Program-made: the position numbers and the translations under genes | DNA from: an uncultured Desulfosarcina sp. | GTDB taxonomy: Bacteria > Desulfobacterota > Desulfobacteria > Desulfobacterales > Desulfosarcinaceae | DNA: 64,000 nt | Reading direction: 5' to 3' | NCBI GenBank assembly: GCA_963674765.1 | Contig: OY771548.1 | Coordinates: forward strand, 6,094,006 to 6,158,005 | Shown: positions 10,383 through 21,279 of the stretch, piece by piece | Layout: each line of letters opens with the position of its first letter | Numbering within the stretch: position 1 is the stretch's first letter | The notes under the pieces: model-generated | What the model saw: the letters and a program-made list of their open reading frames with translations, nothing else | Databases searched by the model: none | Told to the model about the DNA's origin: nothing

Positions 10383-11356
10383 CCGCTTCTGCGACCCTCG
10401 TGTTGGCCAATCACCGCCCGGAGACCATCCCGCTGGCCCGGAGGCTGATGGCCGTCCACGACACGATCGTTCTGGAAGAGCCGCCCGACCAGCGCTTCGA
10501 GCCCATGCTCGATGGAGAGATCTCTATCGAATCTTATCTAGAAGAACAGGAACTGGAATACCCGGAATTCAGCCAGCGTATGGCCCTGGTTCTGCGTGAA
10601 CGCCGTAAAGCCGGCACCCGGCTGGTGCAAGTTGAACCGTTTATTGATCTGCTGTTATCTATTCACGATCGTTTCGCCAACGGCGATGGTCCCCAGGATC
10701 TTCCCGCGGATACGGATCTGTATCGCGTTTACCAGGCAGAACACCTGGCAACCAAGGCCTTGATCGACTTTTACGCTGCATCCGGCCGTGACGACTTCGA
10801 CACCACGGTCGATGCTGTCAAGCGCTTTGCCCGGGCCGATGCCCGGCGATTCGCCCTGCGTGATCAAATGCGGGCCGAGGCGATGGCGGCCCTCGTTCAG
10901 CATTCGGGCAGGACTTACATCGAAGCGGGGCCAATTCATTATCCCCTTTGGCACGAACTCAGACGGCGCTTGCCAACCGGGTTTCCCCTGCGGGTACATT
11001 TTCTCATGACCGCTGCGGTGCGCGAAATGGGCTACCGTCGTCATCTGTTCGGACCCGGGGACCTGTTGACTCTCTATTATCGGTTTCATTCCCGGGGCCG
11101 CACCCAGGCCGAAGATCTTCTCGCGGCCCGGGCGCTGATCTACAACAAACTGATCCTCAAAGAAGAAATTGCCGACGATTTGGACACTTATCCCCACACC
11201 CGCGATGAACTGGCGGTTGGCAGCGTCACCGACCAGCTGTCCCTGGATGATTGCCGGCGGCTCTATCCGTTGGTCAGACGGGCATCCACGACCGATTCTC
11301 GCGAGATTGTCAAGCGTCATCTGGAGGATCGGTGGCCGGTTGGCCGACCAACCTGA
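10379..11356 (+). CDS. Uncharacterised 325-aa protein, copy A
   Basis: ATGA overlap with the upstream stop; close paralog at 49883-50860. Confidence 0.85.
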   Translation: MTASATLVLANHRPETIPLARRLMAVHDTIVLEEPPDQRFEPMLDGEISIESYLEEQELEYPEFSQRMALVLRERRKAGTRLVQVEPFIDLLLSIHDRFANGDGPQDLPADTDLYRVYQAEHLATKALIDFYAASGRDDFDTTVDAVKRFARADARRFALRDQMRAEAMAALVQHSGRTYIEAGPIHYPLWHELRRRLPTGFPLRVHFLMTAAVREMGYRRHLFGPGDLLTLYYRFHSRGRTQAEDLLAARALIYNKLILKEEIADDLDTYPHTRDELAVGSVTDQLSLDDCRRLYPLVRRASTTDSREIVKRHLEDRWPVGRPT

Positions 11357-11616
11357 CCGGCTTGTATTCGGCGGTACAAATCCGACGATAAACATAGGCT
11401 GGCATTTTCTCTGTTGGAATAACCTGCGGCTTGAATAGAACGGCCGTATACAGGATTCATGTCGAATCATTCTCTTGAGGCACGGTTTGGATATGTAGCT
11501 TAATCGGCCGTACTTCAATCTTGTGGGCAGCTGGAGTAATATAAACCTCGCGAAATTGAAATGCGCCTGATATAGCCGGAACGTATATGGCGTTTCGAAG
11601 GCGTGTAAATGAAAGT

Positions 11617-11793
11617 GGTGACCAGGTCGATATGCTGGCCGGTGGTTTCCAGGAGCCGCCGGTCGTCGCTGTTGATGGCCTGCAACAGCTGGTTGCGGCA
11701 CAGGACGAGTTCGCCTGCCAGGTTCATCAGAGAATTGAGCAGGCTTACATCGATGCTGACGGATGCCTCAGTCGGTTGGGATGCTGTTTCCAT
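11617..11793 (-). pseudogene. CheA dimerisation-domain fragment
   Basis: [24 protein letters not shown]; similarity is lost after HIDLVT; directly follows an MCP. Confidence 0.75.
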
Positions 11794-11863
11794 GTCAACG
11801 TCCTTACGTTGTTGGCCGGGCAGCGGGAGGTCACAGACCCTGTCCCGCTGCCCGGAATCCGGT

Positions 11864-13550
11864 TTATACTTTGAACTGATCCACCATCTGCTTGAGGCTT
11901 TCCGAAAGCTGGGACAGTTCCTGGGCGCTGAGGTTGACCTGGCCGCTGCTGGTGGACATCTCGTTCATGGAGACGCTCACCCCGGCGATGTCGCCGGAGA
12001 TCTCCCCCGGAGACCGTGCTGCTCTGGTTGACGTTCTCGTTGACCTCCTGAATGCCGGTGGAGGCCTGGGCCACATTGGTGGCGATCTCCTTGGTGGCGG
12101 CCGACTGCTGCTCCACGGCCGTGGCGATGTTGGCCACCACCTCGTTGACGTCGGTGATCACCTGGGTGATTTCGGCGATCTGGCCCACGGTGGTGGACGT
12201 GGTTCCCTGGATGCCCTCGATCTTCTCCTTGATGTCCCCGGTGGCTTCGGCGGTCTGCTTGGCCAGCTCCTTGATCTCGTTGGCCACCACGGCGAAGCCC
12301 TTGCCGGCCTCGCCGGCCCGGGCCGCCTCGATGGTGGCGTTGAGGGCCAGCAGGTTGACCTGTTCGCTGATGTCGGTGATGGTCTCGATCACCTTGCCGA
12401 TGGCGTTGGCCGCGTTGCCCAGCTGGTCCATGTTGGTGGAGGCGTTGGACGCCTTCGTGGCCGCTTCGTCGGAAATGCCGCGGGCTTTTTCCGCGTTCCG
12501 GGCGATCTCGCCGATGGTGGCGGACATCTCCTCAGCAGCGGTGGCCACCATGTTGGTGTTGGTAGCGGACTGCTCCATGGCGGCGGCCACGGTGGTCATG
12601 TTGGCGTTCATCTCCTCGGCGGCGGCCGAGACGGTATTGGCCCTTTCAGACGATTCCTGGATGCCCTGGGTCATCTGCTCGGAGATGGCCGACAGCTCGG
12701 TGGAGGAGGAAGAGAGGGTGTCGACCCCGCCGGCGATATCCTTGATGAGGTGCTGCAACTTGTTCATGAAGGTATTGAACCAGGTTGCCAGCTCGCCTAG
12801 TTCGTCCTTGGCATCGTCCTCCAAACGTTTGGTCAGGTCGCCCTCGCCCTGGGCGATGTCTTTTAGCCCGGCAACCATGGCGTTGACCGGCCGGGTAATC
12901 AGACGCGAAATGAACCACGCAAGCATAATGCCCGCTGCGAACCCCAGCGCAATGGCCGTCAGCAACATGGCCATGGCCGATTTATAGGTGGCCTGCACAT
13001 TTTTTTCGGCCTTATGGGCCAGCTCGAGATTGATTTCGGTCAGTTTATCGAGTTGGTCACGCATCTGTTCGAAGTGTTTCTTGGCGTCTCCCAGGGTCAA
13101 TGCGATGGCCTCCTGCCGGCTTCCACTCCCGGCCAGTTCGACCACCTTTTGAGAAGCTTCCTTCCACTCGATGCGGGCTTTTTGGTAGACGTCGAAGAGT
13201 TCTTTTTCCGCCATAGTGCCGGCCAATGCTTTGTATTTTTCCCACCGTTCATTGGCCTGCCTGGCGTTGGTTTCATATTCGTCAACGAATTCTTTGAATA
13301 GTTTTGTATTGGGATCGGTGAACATCATGGACCGCTCCGCTACCAGCAATTGCTGCAGGTCGCGGTCGGCCTCGATCAGATAATCGATGCTGGGCATCTG
13401 AACGGAAAAGATCTTTTCCAAGTCGCCTTGAATACCGATCACACTATTGTAACCGGTGTAGCCGATGACCCCCATGATGACGATCATGATACCGAATGCA
13501 GACAACAGCTTGGTCCGAATTTTCATGTTGTTGATGAAGTTCATGGTCAA
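11864..13550 (-). pseudogene. Methyl-accepting chemotaxis protein (4HB sensor-HAMP-MA) with a +1 frameshift near 12005
   Basis: [30 protein letters not shown]; the true C-terminus ([10 protein letters not shown]...DQFKV) is in another frame ending at 11864. Confidence 0.9.
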
Positions 13551-13601
13551 TGGTCTCCTTTCGAGAATAGTGGTTATTTATACCTGTTGTTCAAAAGCCG
13601 G

Positions 13602-14030
13602 TCAGTGTGGCGGTGGTGTTGAAGTCTCGATCTGTTGATCCAGTTCTTGTTCGGCCGCCAACCAGTTTTTAAGAATAGATATCAACGCACGGCAGTCGTC
13701 CCGCATCCATTGGATATAGTGCGGTCTGAATTTGTGGACCAAGGCGATAGCCTCTTTATGGTCATCGGGAACGACCATGATAATTTTTCGATCGACAAGC
13801 AATCGTCTCAACGGAATAAGTCGGGACAGCGATCGATCGTTGCCTGGATTAAGAATTGCCGCAAAAAAATTTCTGGGCGGTACCTTGAGCCATTCCGATA
13901 GCTTATGGCAATCGGTGAATGTTTTGACCTCAACAATGGGCATGGCTTGGCGAATGGCCGACAGAAGACCATCTTCATGGGGTGGTTCCAGTTTGGACCT
14001 GAAATAAACGATTTTCATGGTAAACCTCAT
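13602..14030 (-). CDS. Hypothetical protein, possibly a degenerate receiver-like fold
   Basis: 142-aa ORF with alternating beta/alpha pattern, upstream of the MCP. Confidence 0.55.
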   Translation of the reverse strand: MRFTMKIVYFRSKLEPPHEDGLLSAIRQAMPIVEVKTFTDCHKLSEWLKVPPRNFFAAILNPGNDRSLSRLIPLRRLLVDRKIIMVVPDDHKEAIALVHKFRPHYIQWMRDDCRALISILKNWLAAEQELDQQIETSTPPPH

Positions 14031-14118
14031 CGGTTATTGCTACACCTTGCAGCAAACCGTTTTGTCTGTCCTATTGCAGAAATCGTGCTAAATTCCAAAA
14101 GTCATTCTTTTTAAAATT

Positions 14119-14251
14119 GACGGTCTCGTAAAAAGTGGCAGAGTCGTCATGCCGGACTTGATCCGGTATCCAGAACCCATTGAAACAACTGGATTCCGGC
14201 CTACGCCGGAATGACGAAACGATGAAAATTTCGGCTTTTTACGATTTCATC
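14119..14251. repeat. MITE-like palindromic element (133 bp)
   Basis: Terminal IRs GACGGTCTCGTAAAAAG/CTTTTTACGATTTCATC; internal CGTCATGCCGG...TCCA/TGGATTCCGG...GGAATGACG; flanked by AAAATT on both sides. Confidence 0.75.
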
Positions 14252-14267
14252 AAAATTAATATAGATA

Positions 14268-15960
14268 GTGTCCGTCCATAAATTGGTCTTTTCAGCGGCG
14301 TGCAGAGAAGTAAAAACGGGGCAACGAAGGGAAGAACTTCTCCAAGGCACTGCAGACTGAAAAAAGCAGGCAAATATGGACATATGCTCTATAAAAGAGC
14401 TCCTCTGGGCGCACCTTTCCCCTCGTTATCGATAACCGGCTTTTTCCTGGCTGCGCAGCTAAGCAGCAGCCAATTGCTTTCGCGCGATTGTCAGCAGGTT
14501 GGCCGCAACCACTGACGAAAGCACATAACTTTTGAAAGCACGAAAACCTTTCCAGGTGCACCGGGTCAAGCCGAAACTGCGTTTGAGCCAGGATATGCCC
14601 GATTCGATCCCGGCGCGGAATTGGCGAAGCTTTTTATACACATAATGACTGCGACACATGTCGGTTTCTTTAAGACCTCGCTTTTTGGCAAAGCAGACAT
14701 CTCTGATCCCTTTGGCTTTGGCAATGCGCAGATTACCTTTGGATGCAAAGCCACCGTCCAGGGCTACTTTCAGTGGGTAACGTCCATAGACCTGATTCTG
14801 GCGGTCCAGCATCTGTTCAACCAGTGTACTGTCTGCGGGATTGCCCTCGAGAATGACACAATCAAGGATAAGGTTCGAGGCTCCCCCGGTCAGGCAAATC
14901 TTATGACCATAATGGTTTTCCCGGCGGTCTTTGATGATGATGTCGGTATGGTCTTCGAAAATTGAAAACACCTTTTGGTCGGCCGGCACGCTTTCGCCTT
15001 GAATAACCCGGCGGTAAGTCTGGTCGTAGACCTGACGGGCCAGATCACCATAATGTTTAATGGCGTCCAGTAAGCCGAGCAATTCAAAATTAGCGGTGCA
15101 GCGTCTGCTTATAATTTCCTCGGCTTTGATCGCGTAGCCGATGGTCTTTTTGGTGACCTTGAGAAGGTCTTTATACGGGGACAGTCGTTGTTTCTCCCCA
15201 TTGGCGTATTGGATGGCGGTCATCCGCTTTTTCGCACGGCGACGGTGATCCGTGAAAATGATTTTGATTCTGAAGTCATCCCGGAGTTGGGTCAACAACC
15301 GCGTAAGCACACGCACTGAGTCGTACAACTGCATGGAATCACATGGCAGGTGGATGTTGCTCTCGACGACGGTACAATCAACCCGGGTCTTTCGGCCTTT
15401 TTCAATGTTGTTGTCTTTTGCATATGCCAACAGGTCCAGGGAGATCAGCTCCCAAGTCCCCGGACGGATCCTTTTGATATTTTCATTCAGGGCAGATTTC
15501 TTGAAACCCTTATCGAAAATACCAATTCTGCAAAATCGTCTGAGCGATCTGGAGTCAGAGATATGAAATGCCAAATCTTCATAGGTGAAGTTGAAAAGCT
15601 TCATCACGATCGCGGCCCGGGTTACCTGCTCGGCGCTCATCCCATTAGCACCGGTTCGGTGACGTTCTACCTTCAGATTACCGTTGAGATCTTGCAGAAC
15701 ATGATCGTAAATGGTAGAAGTATCGTCAAGGATGTTGCTGATCATCTCCAGCTCTATTTCTTTGGGATGACCTGTGGGAAGATCGATCAGCGGCATTTGT
15801 TTTTGTTGTTTTTCGCGCATTTTGTGTTGACCCTTTTTCTTGTTTATGTAGTTTTTTTAAGTGTTTGGCAAAATACTTTATACTACACATGGTGAGAAAA
15901 TTCCAGCACAAAATGCGCTTTTTTTATTTATTCCAGTTACTTATTTTCGTGGATGGACAC
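14268..15960 (-). mobile_element. ISNCY-family (ISDol1-like) IS, copy 1, 1693 bp
   Basis: IRs GTGTCCGTCCA/TGGATGGACAC; 6-bp TSD TAGATA on both sides. Confidence 0.92.
14459..15820 (-). CDS. DDE transposase (453 aa)
   Basis: RVDCTVVESNI, LDGGF, FRAGIESGISWLKR; identical to the two other copies. Confidence 0.95.
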   Translation of the reverse strand: MREKQQKQMPLIDLPTGHPKEIELEMISNILDDTSTIYDHVLQDLNGNLKVERHRTGANGMSAEQVTRAAIVMKLFNFTYEDLAFHISDSRSLRRFCRIGIFDKGFKKSALNENIKRIRPGTWELISLDLLAYAKDNNIEKGRKTRVDCTVVESNIHLPCDSMQLYDSVRVLTRLLTQLRDDFRIKIIFTDHRRRAKKRMTAIQYANGEKQRLSPYKDLLKVTKKTIGYAIKAEEIISRRCTANFELLGLLDAIKHYGDLARQVYDQTYRRVIQGESVPADQKVFSIFEDHTDIIIKDRRENHYGHKICLTGGASNLILDCVILEGNPADSTLVEQMLDRQNQVYGRYPLKVALDGGFASKGNLRIAKAKGIRDVCFAKKRGLKETDMCRSHYVYKKLRQFRAGIESGISWLKRSFGLTRCTWKGFRAFKSYVLSSVVAANLLTIARKQLAAA

Positions 15961-16143
15961 TAGATAGATAGCGGTATGTTCTGAAAAATGGATAGCTGAA
16001 TGATCAAGGGAAGTTCAGGAAAGGAGGAATGGCCGATGACGGTTTCCCGGAATGACTACAGGATTGCAATGATAAGCAGACGGCCAGTGACGCGTAACAG
16101 AATCGTTTTCGGATGGAATACCCGTGGTCGCAACGCCTGCCGT

Positions 16144-18690
16144 CTATCGGGGTGCGTTCTTCCGGCCCTGCTTCGGCAGACGAATGACAAAGCGGGTGCC
16201 GCCGCTCTCGGTGGCGTGGACGCTCATCTCCCCGTCGTGGTCCTCAGTGACGATAAAATAGGAGACCGACAATCCCAGTCCCGTTCCCTGTCCCGGTGGT
16301 TTGGTGGTGAAAAAGGGTTCGAAGATCCGCCGCCGGGTCCCCTCATCCATGCCCGGCCCGTTGTCCTCGATCTCTGCCCGCACCCAGTCGCCGTCGTCCT
16401 GCACCCGCAAAACGAATGTCGGCTGCTTTTGGCCGTCTTTGGAATCGGCCATGGCCTCGGCCCCGTTTCTAAGGATGTTCATGAACACCTGCTGGATTTT
16501 GCTGGCCTCGCAAGGCACCGGTACGGCCGCATCGTTGTATTCCCGAATGACTTCGATCTGCTTGAAATCATACTTCTTCTTCATGTCGTAGTCGGTCTTG
16601 AGCAGATCCAGGGTCTGGTCCAGCAATGCACCGATCGCTTTGCTGGAGACGACCTTGTCGCTTTTTCTGGCGAAGCTGAGCATGTTCTTGACGATGCCGG
16701 CAGCCAGTCTTCCGGAGGAGCGGATGTTCTCCAGCATCCCGAAAAGCTTGCGTTCGGCCATGTACCGCCGGATGGCATCCATGCTCGTTCCGGCGGCCTC
16801 GGCGGCCTTGTGGTTGGCCGGCAGATCGCCGCTCAGCCGGTTTTCCAGCACCGATGCGTTCTGGAGGATGCCGGCCAGCGGGTTGTTGATCTCGTGTGCC
16901 ATGCCGGCCGCCAGGCCGCCCACGGAAAGCATCTTCTCGCTCTGGATCATCATCTCTTCTAAACGAACCCTTTCGGTTACGTCGTCCACGCGGATCACCG
17001 CGCCCTCCACCCCGTTGGCGATCAGCGGATAGATGGTCACATCCTCGTAGCGGGTTTCGTTCAAGCCCTCGCGGGGCACTTTGGAATCCCTGAGCAGCCG
17101 GCGCTCCCGGATGGAGGTCCTGATGCGGTCCATTTCATGCGTCAGGCCGGGAAAGACCTGGTCCAGGTGCCGGGAGCGGGCCCTTTCGGATCGAATCCCG
17201 GTGACCTGCTCGGCCCGGCGGTTCCACTGGGTCACCGCCCCCTCCCGATCCACCCCCACCAGCACCGAGGGCATGGAGTCGATGATGTTGGACAGGTAGT
17301 TGCGCAAACTGCGGAGTTTCTCTTCGTCCTGTTTACGCTGGGTAATATCCTGTACAAAGCAGATCGAATATTGCCGGCCATCGTATTCCAGAAGATTTGA
17401 GTGGATCTCGATCGGCATGTTGCGACCGTCCTTGGTCCGGTGAGCCGTCTCGAATCGGTCCGCGCCGGTAACGAGCAACCGCTGCCAGATCCCCCTCCAG
17501 TTCTCTTCGGTTACATTCGGATCGATATCGACGATAGACATGTCAGCCAATTCGGCCCGGGTGTATCCGATCATCCGGGCGGCTGCGTCGTTCACTTCAA
17601 GAATTCGTGCATCGGAAGCGATCCGGTAGATACCGACGGCGGCCCGATCGAAGCTGAATTTGTGGATGCGCAGGGACTGCTCGATCCGTTTCCACTGGCT
17701 GATGTCCGCGTGGGTGCCGGTAAAGCGGACCGGATCGCCATGCTCGTTGCGGGCCACGATCTTTCCCCGGCCCTGGATCCACATGTAGCCCCCGTCCTTG
17801 CGCAAGAACCGGAATTGCACGTCGAACATTTCCTGGTCGCCGGACAGGTAGTTTTCCATGGCCGCCTGCGTTTTCTGGATGTCGTCCGGGTGGACCCGCT
17901 TTTCCCACTCTTCGAAGGCAGCGGGGAATTCACCGGGCGAGTACCCGGCGATCCGATAATACCGGTGATCGAAATGGAGGGTGTTGTTTTCGATATCCCA
18001 GTCCCAGATCCCCTCATTCGCACCCGACAACGCCAGGTCAAGACGCTCCTGGCTATCCCGGTAGCGTCTTTCGGATGCCTGCAATTCGACCTGCGCCAAA
18101 TGACTTTTTTCTTGGCGGGCGAGCAAAAGGCCGACAAACAGGAGGCCGATGTAAACACCCGAGCCATAGGGCAACGCCATGGCCTTCAATAATACCCAGC
18201 CATTCGGCAGGTCTTTGTAAAAAAGGAACCCCGGAAGAATAAAGACGGTTGCTGCCAGCGCACTTAGTGCGGCCTTGTAAATATTGTCTATTTTATCGCG
18301 TCGGCTGTAAAACACCGCACCGGCAAGAGCGGATAAACCGACCCCGACAACGCCTGCCAAAGCGCCGGTTCCGCCTAAATGGATTCGGTAGCTACCGGCT
18401 AAAAAAGCACACAGAACGGCGGACAGTGGCCCCCCGAAAGCGCCGGAAAGCGCAACGACCGTATTTCTTTGGTCAACAATGACCCCTTCGGCGACGGGGA
18501 TTTTGACGTGCATGCACGCAATCGCCAAAAGCCCGAAAGCCAAACCCACCGCGGCTTGTCGCAATCGCGGGGATGCTTTCTTGAAATGGCTGTATAGAAC
18601 ACCGTAAACAGCCACGAGAAGAATAAAAAAGGCCAGGTTGTTAAACATGCCCAAGAAGAGCGCATTACCCGTAACCATCGTTGACTCCAC
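16144..18690 (-). CDS. Sensor histidine kinase, 5TM-5TMR_LYT + 3 PAS + HisKA + HATPase
   Basis: LytS-type membrane domain, PAS/PAC motifs, AHEINNPL, DNGPG, GTGLGL; start may be ATG at 18678. Confidence 0.93.
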   Translation of the reverse strand: MESTMVTGNALFLGMFNNLAFFILLVAVYGVLYSHFKKASPRLRQAAVGLAFGLLAIACMHVKIPVAEGVIVDQRNTVVALSGAFGGPLSAVLCAFLAGSYRIHLGGTGALAGVVGVGLSALAGAVFYSRRDKIDNIYKAALSALAATVFILPGFLFYKDLPNGWVLLKAMALPYGSGVYIGLLFVGLLLARQEKSHLAQVELQASERRYRDSQERLDLALSGANEGIWDWDIENNTLHFDHRYYRIAGYSPGEFPAAFEEWEKRVHPDDIQKTQAAMENYLSGDQEMFDVQFRFLRKDGGYMWIQGRGKIVARNEHGDPVRFTGTHADISQWKRIEQSLRIHKFSFDRAAVGIYRIASDARILEVNDAAARMIGYTRAELADMSIVDIDPNVTEENWRGIWQRLLVTGADRFETAHRTKDGRNMPIEIHSNLLEYDGRQYSICFVQDITQRKQDEEKLRSLRNYLSNIIDSMPSVLVGVDREGAVTQWNRRAEQVTGIRSERARSRHLDQVFPGLTHEMDRIRTSIRERRLLRDSKVPREGLNETRYEDVTIYPLIANGVEGAVIRVDDVTERVRLEEMMIQSEKMLSVGGLAAGMAHEINNPLAGILQNASVLENRLSGDLPANHKAAEAAGTSMDAIRRYMAERKLFGMLENIRSSGRLAAGIVKNMLSFARKSDKVVSSKAIGALLDQTLDLLKTDYDMKKKYDFKQIEVIREYNDAAVPVPCEASKIQQVFMNILRNGAEAMADSKDGQKQPTFVLRVQDDGDWVRAEIEDNGPGMDEGTRRRIFEPFFTTKPPGQGTGLGLSVSYFIVTEDHDGEMSVHATESGGTRFVIRLPKQGRKNAPR

Positions 18691-18909
18691 CCAAATCCAG
18701 ATAAAAATCGTATCGTCACCCGATTAGAACGAATGTCGGCAATTTCGGATGGTTATTGAACTCTTTCTAATAACCTGCCTATGCAAAAAAGGCAACTTTC
18801 CCCGAAAGGAACTCGCCATCCAGCAGCTGGTGCGGTATGAGGCGCTCTTCAAGCTTCTCGGCGACCTTCAGGGGTTTGAAGACATCCCTTCGATATCGCG
18901 CAACGTTGT

Positions 18910-20568
18910 TTAGATTTTAAACTGATCAACCATGCCTTTCAGGTTTTCTGCAAGCTTGGACAGTTCCTGGGCGCTGAGGTTGACCTGGCTGCTGCTGGTG
19001 GACATCTCGTTCATGGAGACACTCACTCCGGCGATGTCGCTGGAAATCTCCCCGGAAACCGAGGAACTCTGGTTGACGTTCTCGTTGACCTCCTGGATGC
19101 CCCGGGAGGCCTGGGCCACGTTGGTGGCGATCTCCTTGGTGGCCGCCGATTGCTGTTCCACCGCCGTGGCGATGGTGGCTACCACCTCGTTGACATCCTT
19201 GATCACCTGGGTGATTTCGGAAATCTGTATCACGGCGGTCCCGGTGGTGCCCTGGATGCCATCGATCTTCTCCTTGATTTCCAGGGTGGCCGCGGCGGTC
19301 TGCTTGGCCAGCTCCTTGATCTCGTTGGCCACCACGGCGAAACCCTTGCCAGCCTCGCCGGCCCGGGCCGCCTCGATGGTAGCGTTGAGGGCCAGCAGGT
19401 TGACCTGTTCGGAAATCTCGGTGATGGTCTCGACCACCTTGCCAATGGATTTGGCCGCATTGCCCAACTCGTCCATGTTGGTGGAGGCGCTGGTAGCCTT
19501 GTGGGCCGCTTCGTCGGAGATGCCGCGGGCCTTTTCGGCGTTCTGGGCGATCTCGCCGATGGTGGCGGACATCTCTTCGGCGGCCGTGGCCACCATGTTG
19601 GTGTTGGTGGCGGACTGTTCCATGGCGGCGGCCACGTTGTTCATGTTGGCGTTCATCTCCTCGGCAGCGGCCGAGACCGTATTGGCCTTTTCCGACGACT
19701 CCTGGATGCCCCGGGTCATTTGCTCGGAGATGGCCGACAGCTCGGTAGAGGAGGAGGAGAGGGTCTCGACCCCGCCGGTGATATCCTTGATGATGCCCTG
19801 CAGTTTGTCGATAAAGACGTTAAACCAGCGCGCCATTTCACCGACTTCGTCATTTGTGTTTACTTCCAATCTTTTGGTCAGATCCCCTTCGCCTTCGGCG
19901 ATGTCGCGTAGCATGCTGACGGTATTATTTAGAGGCCGGCTGATGGCACGAGTGATTATGAACCAGGCAAATAGCATGGCGACGACCACGACCACGGCAA
20001 ACAGCAGAACATTGACCAGACGCTGCATTTTCGAGTTGTCAATCAGGGTCCCCAACTCATCTTCCAAATGTCGAGAGCGGTCGGTTTTGAAAGCAACCAG
20101 TTTTTCCTGGATCTGTTGGGTCTGTTTGGCGAGTGCCGACACCTTCTCTTGATTGAAGCTGCCGTCGCCCGAACTCATGGCCGCGTATATCTTTTGCGCG
20201 GATGCGCTGAATGCAGCATGGGCTTGCAGCGTCTGGGCAATTTCATCCTTTTTGGCCTTATCGATCCCCGGAATCTTGACAATGGCTTCCAGGTTTTTTG
20301 CAACCTCATCCGCCTTTTGTTTTGTTTTTTCGAAAATGGCCGATTCGCCCATGAGCACGGCGTCGTTATACAGCTTGATCTGCTCGTCGAAGGCGGTAAC
20401 GGCGGCATTGCTCATCATGCTTGCCGGAAATAGGTTTTCCGATACGCCCTGCAGGCGGGTCTCGGTCTCTTGGCCCAGGTGGAACCCGATGGCCATGGAT
20501 AAAAAATAGCCAACGACCAGGATGCCGAGGCTGATCCATACTTTTTTAGCGATACTGAGTGATTTCAT
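18910..20568 (-). CDS. Methyl-accepting chemotaxis protein
   Basis: Two TMs, HAMP (GEGDLTKRL), conserved signalling hairpin; SD AAGGAG. Confidence 0.95.
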   Translation of the reverse strand: MKSLSIAKKVWISLGILVVGYFLSMAIGFHLGQETETRLQGVSENLFPASMMSNAAVTAFDEQIKLYNDAVLMGESAIFEKTKQKADEVAKNLEAIVKIPGIDKAKKDEIAQTLQAHAAFSASAQKIYAAMSSGDGSFNQEKVSALAKQTQQIQEKLVAFKTDRSRHLEDELGTLIDNSKMQRLVNVLLFAVVVVVAMLFAWFIITRAISRPLNNTVSMLRDIAEGEGDLTKRLEVNTNDEVGEMARWFNVFIDKLQGIIKDITGGVETLSSSSTELSAISEQMTRGIQESSEKANTVSAAAEEMNANMNNVAAAMEQSATNTNMVATAAEEMSATIGEIAQNAEKARGISDEAAHKATSASTNMDELGNAAKSIGKVVETITEISEQVNLLALNATIEAARAGEAGKGFAVVANEIKELAKQTAAATLEIKEKIDGIQGTTGTAVIQISEITQVIKDVNEVVATIATAVEQQSAATKEIATNVAQASRGIQEVNENVNQSSSVSGEISSDIAGVSVSMNEMSTSSSQVNLSAQELSKLAENLKGMVDQFKI

Positions 20569-20672
20569 TGTTTGGTTGTCTCCTTGCCGATGGTCCTGCG
20601 ATCGTTTTTTTGCGAGACGCGATACCCTTTTTTAGAAAAACATCGCCGGTTTTCGGGCGTTTTTGCCCCTTT

Positions 20673-20705
20673 CGGAAGGGGCGCAGGTTTGGCGCGCCCC
20701 TTCCG
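20673..20705. terminator. 12-bp GC hairpin upstream of the MCP (terminator or stabiliser)
   Basis: CGGAAGGGGCGC-N9-GCGCCCCTTCCG. Confidence 0.4.
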
Positions 20706-20753
20706 CAGGGAAGGCTTGGTTGTCGTAAAAGCGCTTGTGTTGATGGCCGCAGG

Positions 20754-21162
20754 CTAGAAGCTGAAGGTAACCTTGGCGGCAAACATATACCAGTCTTTTT
20801 CAAACTGTGTATTAAAGTCTTCCATAGTATAGCTCGATGGCAACGGGTTATTGAATCCATTCAGTTGGGCTGTTCCGTCCATCTTGTGACTTTCCAGTTT
20901 GATGACCATATATTCGTTGACGTCGAAGCGCGTCGTCAAGCAGATATCCTTCAGGTAGGCTCGGTCGCTTGGCATAAACCACGGCAGTCCAGTATCTGGA
21001 TTTATGCCTTCCCCATCGCGCATGTTTCTGTTGGCGTAGTATTCGGAGTAGTAGGCGCCCAGCTCGAACCAGTCGGTGAACCGATAGGCAGCTCCGAGAT
21101 ACCAGCCGTCAGGCTTGAAGACATCGTGAATTTGACCCGCACCAGTTTCGTATTTCAGGTCG
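20754..21162 (-). pseudogene. 3' fragment of an outer-membrane beta-barrel (porin-like) gene, cut by IS1
   Basis: Amphipathic strands, terminal AKVTFSF; the 5' part is replaced by the IS1 end. Confidence 0.75.
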
Positions 21163-21279
21163 GGCACTGGTTCAGTTGAATAGGTGCTTTAATTGGCAGA
21201 AAATACATAGAAAAGCTGGACAATAGCAAATAAAAGATGTACGGTAATCTACCCCAACCATGATCAAAAGGAGTAGATT

